Part shown: positions 57,221 through 64,000 of the stretch, one piece after another | How the letters are laid out: every line of letters starts with the position of its first letter | Numbering within the stretch: position 1 is the stretch's first letter | From: an uncultured Nitrospinota bacterium | Lineage (GTDB): Bacteria; Tectomicrobia; Entotheonellia; J063; CAVPRW01 | NCBI GenBank assembly: GCA_963707985.1 | Contig: CAVPRW010000009.1 | Location: 1 to 64,000, forward strand | Length of the DNA stretch: 64,000 bases | Reading direction: 5' to 3' | Translations under genes and position numbers: made by a program | The notes under the pieces: generated by a model | What the model was told of the DNA's origin: nothing | What the model saw: the letters and a program-made list of their open reading frames with translations, nothing else | Databases searched by the model: none

Positions 57221-58351
57221 TGAATGAGTTGCGTGTGTTGCGTCGGCGACGAGCCCGCCTGAGCCTCCTGCTGTGGGCGCAACTGGGTGCGCTGCTCGGG
57301 TTCAGTGCCTTACTATTTATCACCTATCAGCTCTACCAGCTGTTCGAACCCTTCTTGGCTTCAATTGCCTGGGCCATCATCCTACGCTTTGCGTTCCAGC
57401 CAGCTCACCAGCTGCTGAGACAACGTTTGCCAAACCGACCCAATCTGGTGGCATTGCTATCAACCGGGGTGGTGATGCTGGCGGTAGCCATTCCCGTGGC
57501 GGTGATCTCAAGCATCCTTACGCACGAAGCTGCTGGCGCCGTGGCGGATGTGACACGTTTTCTCCAGACCGGTGGGCTCGAGCGTTGGGCCGCGCAATTG
57601 CGCGAGCTGGCATGGATTCCCCTGTGGAGATGGCTGAGTCCATGGCTGGATACGACGTCGATTGACCTACGGGGTATTCTCCTGCGCGCTGTGAATACCG
57701 GCGCCAATGTCCTCGTCGAGCAAATGACCGTGGGGGCGGCAAATCTCTTCGTCATTGCTCTCAAGTTCATCCTCATGCTGCTCACCCTGTTCTTCGTGTT
57801 CCGCGATGGCGAAGCCTTCTACCTCTGGGTGCGCACCACCCTCCCATTCGCACCGGCCCAGCAGGAGCGTATCTTTGGGCGGCTAGGGCAGACGATGAAT
57901 GCCGTCACCTATGGCATTAGCATCACCGCCGCGGTCCAGGGCATCTTAGCCGGCCTCTTGTACTGGATTCTCGGGGTACCATTTCCAGCCTTTTGGGGGT
58001 TGCTAACCGCCATCGTGGCACCTATTCCAATAGGTGGGACAGGCTTGGTGTGGGGGCCGGCAGGGTGTGTATCTCATTCTGATGGAATCGTTGGTGCGTG
58101 GGATCATCCTGTTGGCCTGCGGAGCCTTGGTGGTGAGTACCATCGATAATGTGCTCAAGACATACCTGATCAGCGGCCGGACGCAGCTGCCGCCGTTGAT
58201 CCTCTTCTTTGCTCTGCTGGGTGGGCTCAGGGCATACGGCATCCTGGGGGTCTTCGTCGGGCCATTACTCCTGGCGCTGGTCATCGATGGGGTGGCGCTC
58301 TACCGCGACATCAGGGCCGAGCGTAGGCCCGTGATCGCTCCATCGCCTTGA
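57221..58351 (+). CDS. AI-2E family transporter (frameshift near 58065)
   Basis: FF.FRDG, IP.GG, DN.LK, GG...G.LG.FVGP. Confidence 0.88.
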
Positions 58352-58901
58352 CCACCTGCGGACTCAGAAGCCCGACCGGTCATACCCGATCGGAACCGAA
58401 CCATGGAACACTAAAGATAAACCACTCAACAAGGTGCAAATCCCTAAGGAGGATGCATCTCACACAGCACTTGATTCATGCAATTTGGAGAAACACCCGG
58501 CGTGTCTGAAGCTACGTGTCTGAAGCTAGTGGATCTCAAGCTCTGAGGAAAGCCTAACACCTCTGGCACGGATGGCGCAGAGATTCTTGACACCTTTCTC
58601 GGCATCCAGTACAGTTGCGCAAGCTTTTCCACATCAGAGGGGTCAAGGGCCTACCTTTGCCATGGATCCTCAAGAGAACCATCAGCGCAAGACGGCAACC
58701 TCAGGAGCCACGCTGCAGCGAAGCAGCATGGCACAGCGCGCAGCCTGGTTTGCCGTGTGTATGGCTCTGATGCTCCTCATGGTGGCGCCATCGTTGGCAT
58801 GGGGCCAGAGGATCCTCTGCCGCTGACTCCGCAGTTCACGACCCGCCTCTCAGCGTTCCGACGCTGTCGATGTTGGTGTTCCTGAATCGTTCTCTCATCA
58901 T

Positions 58902-59282
58902 ATGATCCAACTGGGACTGATTCTAGCTGCATTCTTTGCCCTTTCCCTCTCTGTATTCAGCGGGATCACCAGGCGATCCAGAAGGACAGCTGTTTTCTGT
59001 TTTGTGGTCATCCTCAGTCTCGATGCTTTCAGCATCGCTATTCATTCGGTCCACCATCTCTTCGATCCCCCACACGCGACCGAGTGCCTTGGATTCTTCA
59101 CTTCCCAGCATGCCACTGGCACCTGCACTGACGCCTGGCACCTCGGCGCTCCAAGCCTGGCCGTAGAGCGTTCAGTGTCTCTTAGCCCGACGCGTGTGCT
59201 CACGCCACTTCTTCAGGTCCAACCAACAGCGCGCTCCTCCTGCATTGCCTGCTTAACCATTTCCGCTGGTCGCATACGCTGA
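58902..59282 (+). CDS. Hypothetical membrane protein with His/Cys motif (DUF2946-like)
   Basis: HSVHH...C....QH, upstream of TonB-receptor fragment. Confidence 0.5.
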   Translation: MIQLGLILAAFFALSLSVFSGITRRSRRTAVFCFVVILSLDAFSIAIHSVHHLFDPPHATECLGFFTSQHATGTCTDAWHLGAPSLAVERSVSLSPTRVLTPLLQVQPTARSSCIACLTISAGRIR

Positions 59283-59398
59283 TGAGAATCAACGGGTGCG
59301 ACAATGCCCTTTCGTAAGCATAAGCTCATAATAATCAACGGGTCACGTAATTCTGGAACGGATCCCCAAAGAAAAAACGACATAACCTAGCGAACAAC

Positions 59399-60823
59399 AT
59401 GGGGTTCAACGCATACTACGAGTCGCAGGGGTACTTCCGGCTTCCCGAGAACCAACGCACGCCGGTGGAGGAGCGGTTGGGCGGCCGCCTCTACAATCTC
59501 CAAGGACGCAGCGATGTGACGCTGTCGGACGTCGGTGAAGGGATTTGTCCGGCTGGGGTACAACTACCAGGAGCGCTTCGGCGGATTTCAGGACCAGCAG
59601 GCCGACTCCGCCATCGCGGACGTGGCCACCGGCCTCGATATCAACGTCGGCAGCCCCGGGCTCGTCAATCTCCGCGCCTTCTACGTCAACGAGGACTTCG
59701 ACGTCGACAACGTGAACGTCCCCGATCCGTTCACGTCATTCGTCTCCAACCGTCACCACACGACGAGCGACGACTACGGCCTCTCCGCCCAGTGGTCACG
59801 GGGATTCGGGACGATTCGTCTCGCGCGTGACCGCAGGCGTGGACTTCCGCCTCATCGACGGCAAGGACGCCCAGGACATCTTCAACGCTCCCGACACAGC
59901 CCAGCGCCTCCAACGTCACTCGGCGAGGGCACGCAGACCTCCGTGGGTGTCTTCGGCTGAGGTGAGCCTGAAGCCCATCGACACCGTGGAGATCCTCGGC
60001 AACCTCCGCTTCGACGCCTTCGTGGACTCCGACGGTCGCATCGTCACTGACGGTGTCGCCCAAACGTTTTCCGACCAGACGCTGACCATCGTCAGCCCGC
60101 GCATCGCCGCTCGCTGGCAGTTCAGCCGGCCGGTCGCGATCCGCGCCTCCTTCTATGAAGGCTTCCGGGTGCCCACGCTGGCCGAGCTCTACCGTAGCTT
60201 CGAGTCGCCCACCTTCCGAGGGCTGTCGAACCCCAACTTGAACGCCGAGCGTCTGCTTGGCGGCGACCTGGGCCTGGACGTGCGGGTGTGGCGGCTGTCA
60301 GGGCAGCTCAACGGTTTCTACAACCGCGTGAAAAACTTCGTCGGGAGCGAGGAGGTGGGATTTATCAACGACAAGTTTACCGTGAGGGCCGCCAACGTGG
60401 CCGAGATCCACAGCCGCGGTTTCGAGCTGATGGCGTCGCTGCAAATCACTGACGACCTGTCGTTCACGACCAACTACACCTTCACCGACGCCAAGGTGGT
60501 CAAGGGCCCGTTGAAAGGCAACGATGTCGAGGGCGCACCCGAGAACGTGGCGGGCTTCTGGCTCTACTACCGTGCGCCGTTCGGGCTGACCGTCAATCCC
60601 CGGGCGCGTTACGTCGGGCAAGAGCTTCCAGGACATCACGAACGAGGCCGTCCAGGACGCCCATTGGATCTTTGACATCTTCGGCGCCTTCCGCGTGCAC
60701 AAGCATGTGGAGATCTTCGTGTCCGGTCAGAACATTTTTAACGAGCAGTACGTCGCCGACGGCTTCAGCGGCGGGCTGGGCGCGCCGCAGCAGTTCTCGG
60801 GCGGCGTGCGCGTGAACTTTTAA
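59399..60823 (+). pseudogene. TonB-dependent receptor, 5'-truncated and frameshifted
   Basis: GFRVPTL.ELY, NPNL.AE, NI.NEQY, C-terminal VNF. Confidence 0.8.
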
Positions 60824-60975
60824 GGAGGTGTGAGCGACGTGAGAGAACCCGGTGTGAAAAGGAGAAGGAATAACGGGAATAAGGCACGAGTCGTTCTCGC
60901 TTCCCAGTTCGACAAGCAGCAAGCTGACGCCATGGCTCATAGCGCAAGGCAGGTACATCATACGGAGGGCATGAC

Positions 60976-61409
60976 ATGCAGGGGTTCAGAGCGCTCACAA
61001 TTTTCCTCCTGTCTATCGCCGTGGCCATGGGGTCTGTGACCGTAAGCATCGCAGGGGACGGCCCTACATTACAGGGCAAGTGGCATGAGGGCCGCATCGC
61101 GTCCATCACGATCGATCGCTGTGGGGTAGAGCCAGGCCAGTGTATCGGGTCCATCGTGCTGGCGGAGCAGAGTATCGGCGAGGTCGCATTAGGCATTCGA
61201 CCGGGGACCTGGATCAAGCAGGCGATCGCTTCATCTTCATCGAGGATTTACGCGTGGGCAACTATGTCCGCGTGCAGGCCGTGCACATCCCCGGCGACCG
61301 GTTGCAACAGGTGACCGAGCTCGTCGTTGAGCCTCACATCACCCGTGTACGTCGACTGCTCCTGCCGTGTCCATCCGCGTGGCAAACGGAGGACACCCCG
61401 TGCTCGTAG
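60976..61409 (+). CDS. Secreted hypothetical protein (frameshifted)
   Basis: Signal peptide, DLRVG..VRV motif. Confidence 0.5.
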
Positions 61410-61676
61410 GACCATGCCACGAACGTTCCGGAGGGAAAGGCGTGCATACATGACAACCATGCAAAAAGGGTCACCGCATCAGCAGAGGAACGGTGAAGCA
61501 TACCCTCAGGGTCCCCTGTGAGAGGAGGGTGATACATGAACCGCAGCTATACCATGTGCATGATGCCCATGCTCTGCATGGGAGTCGTGCTGGCAGTCCA
61601 AGGGAAGTAAGAATGGAGCTAAAAACATCGGCGAGCAGGTCGGTAAGTCATAGACGAGAAGCCGATCGAGAGCAGC

Positions 61677-63339
61677 TCAGGTGTACAGGTCCGGAAGATC
61701 GTTTTCGAACAACACGGTATCTCCCACCCCCACAATGGTGGGCAGGACGATGGTGGCACCCTTGAGGTCACGGACGATGCGAATCTTCTCGGGGGGAAAG
61801 TTCTTGGCCTTAAGCCCTGCGGCTAGGGGTTTCGTCCGCTCCACTCCGACGAGCACGACATAGTCGCACACCTCAGCGGCCTTCGCCCCCAAGTGCTTCG
61901 TTCAGGTGCGCCTCCAGCGGGCCTAATTCGATCATTCCTGGCGTGACCAGGATACGTTGCCCGGTGGTGAAGCTGCCAAGAACCTCCAACGCCTCCGTGG
62001 CGCCGATCGGGTTGGAATTGTAGGAGTCATCGATAACCGTCACGCCGCCGCCGTTGTCGAGGAGTTGCAAGCGGTGAGGAACGGGGGGAAGCTCTAGAAT
62101 CGCCTTGGCCAGATCCAGCAGAGGGACACCGATAGCCAAGGCGGCGCAGGATGCACCGAGAATATTTAGGACATTGTGGTGCCCGAGGAGGACGGTGCGG
62201 ACAGCGATGCGCCTGCCATCCTGACTCATCATAGTAAACGACAAGCCCTCCGGCCCCATGGCGATGTGCTCCGCCCAGAGGTCAAGACTCTGTCCTGTCG
62301 TCTCCAGACCATAACGCATGACGCGCACATGGGAGGTTCGGTCTGCGAGGGCCCGACAGCGCGGATCATCGTTGTTGAAAATCGCCACGCCAGAGGCCGG
62401 CAGCGCTTCGATGAGCTCGTACTTGGTGGCCTGGATGTTGTCGATGGTCTTGAAGCGCTCCAGATGCTGGGGACCGATGGCGGTCAGGATGCCGATGGTG
62501 GGATGCACAAACTCGCTCAGCTCTTTGATGTCCCCCCGACGATAGGCCCCCATTTCGGCGATGAACACCTCGGTATTGCTGTCCAAACTTTCGTTGATCA
62601 CCCGACAGACACCCATCATGGTGTTATAGCTCAAGGGCGTCTTGAGCACCCGACGATGGCCGGCGAGCAGATGCTCCAGAAGATACTTCGTCGAGGTCTT
62701 ACCGTAACTCCCGGTAATACCGATTACCAGCGGCTGCACGTCACGCAAGCGATGCTGGGCACGGCGCAGGTAGGTCCGATTAATGGCATTCTGCACGGGT
62801 GACAGGATGAGGTTGGCCAACACGGTCGTCAGCGGGCTCAACTGGATTACCGCCAGCGCCGCCAGCACGATGACCAGCACCGCATGCGGGCTCAGAGCCG
62901 TCGACAGGTCTGACTGCAGACGGGCGAGCGCTAGCCAGGTGCCGAGCCCCATGACAACGCCGGAGATGGCCAGCGACGTCCCCAGAATGCGTAACGCCCG
63001 ACCGGTGTACACCAGCGGTTTTTTCGGTGGTTCGGCCTGGCGATAGGCATATACGAGCAAACCCGCCTCACACACGACCCACGCCGCGAGCAGGAAGGCC
63101 CCGTCGACGAACCCTGTCGGCAGCACAAGCGTCATGCTCAGGAAGAGCACCTGGCAAAGTCCCGAAGGGACCTCTATGAGACGGCTTTGTGGCTGGGCCA
63201 TCAGCCACTGCACCAAGCGATGGTTGGCATAGCTATCCAGTTGCAGCATCTGTAACGCCCGCTGGGTGCGCAACAATACCCAACCCAGAGTCACAGCGAT
63301 AGCCAACGCAACGACGATCAGATTGAGCGCTAGATTCAT
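61677..63339 (-). CDS. murF: Mur ligase, MurF-like with N-terminal membrane domain (frameshift near 61890)
   Basis: GITGSYGKTSTK, EMGA, DDSYNSNP, TPGMIELG, ENDLPD. Confidence 0.88.
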
Positions 63340-64000
63340 GCAGAAGTACTTTCATGCCGCTCGTCAGGCTCGCGCAGAAAGCGTCGGACGAGCAGGCGAA
63401 AGCGGTCGAATTGATCCAGATAGGCAAAGTGGCCGGCGTTCTCAAACACGGCAAGTTGTGCGGCAGGAATCAGTCGCGCCATCACCTGCCCGGCCGCGAG
63501 AGGCACATCGCGGTCTTGTGCACCCCACACCAACAGCGTCGGCGATGCGATCAGCGGCAGCAATGGGGTCAGGTCCTCAGTGATCACCCGCACCAGCGTC
63601 GGTCGCAAGGGGCCAGCACTGGCGTAGTCCTGCGATTGCACCCGACGGTAGATCGCCCCCCGTGCCTTTTCCCCGATCCACCCTGCATGTGCCGCCAGCC
63701 ATTTGCCGAAACGCGCCGCTGTCCGTTTCAGACGGGTTGCCAGGGCGGGGTGCATCCGAATGCCGGCGCTACACACCAGGACCAGCTTGCCAACACGTTC
63801 TGGCGCGGTCGCCGCAAGCTGGATCGACACCTGCCCGCCGAACGAATGGCCGATCAGGTGAGGTCGGTTCAACTGTAATCGCTCCATGAGCTGCAGCGTC
63901 AGACGCGCGTAATCAGCCGAACCCCAGGTGGTCGGCGGCAAGCTACTGTTGCCGAACCCTGGCAGATCAAAGGCAGCTACCCTATACGAGCGGTGTAGAT
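63336..64000 (-). CDS. Alpha/beta hydrolase (5' end beyond window)
   Basis: DLPGFG, GHSFGG, WG..D, GH. Confidence 0.88.
   Translation of the reverse strand, partial: LHRSYRVAAFDLPGFGNSSLPPTTWGSADYARLTLQLMERLQLNRPHLIGHSFGGQVSIQLAATAPERVGKLVLVCSAGIRMHPALATRLKRTAARFGKWLAAHAGWIGEKARGAIYRRVQSQDYASAGPLRPTLVRVITEDLTPLLPLIASPTLLVWGAQDRDVPLAAGQVMARLIPAAQLAVFENAGHFAYLDQFDRFRLLVRRFLREPDERHESTSA

Overview
This is a GC-rich bacterial window. Its gene content and style suggest a Tectomicrobia/Entotheonella-like organism, but that is an inference. Bases 1-12.6 kb are a decaying chromosomal integron. A long-form intI pseudogene (+) sits in the middle of a minus-strand array with about 9 attC sites, and the cassettes include toxin-antitoxin-like pairs, a methyltransferase, a GlcG/HbpS protein and a membrane protein. 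Several attC sites have been invaded. The invaders are an IS1111-attC element with a putative seekRNA region, a REP-like palindrome, and an ORF-less group IIC intron inserted in the attC TOP strand at GCGT|TAGCC with a matching EBS1 (ACGC); that intron is itself interrupted by an IS4-type element. Next come a second, RT-encoding group II intron, lpxK/glycosyltransferase genes and a probable selenocysteine peroxiredoxin. At 24934-30281 a transposase-less 5.35 kb unit is bounded by ~175 bp ISL3-like inverted ends and an 8 bp target duplication, and carries a foreign liv-type ABC operon with truncated neighbouring genes. The rest holds amidohydrolase/LLM/NHL catabolic genes, an IS/phage graveyard (37-45 kb) and ordinary metabolic and envelope genes. 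Decayed mobile genes show a striking excess of apparent A:T->C:G changes. Many single-base frameshifts may be sequencing errors.
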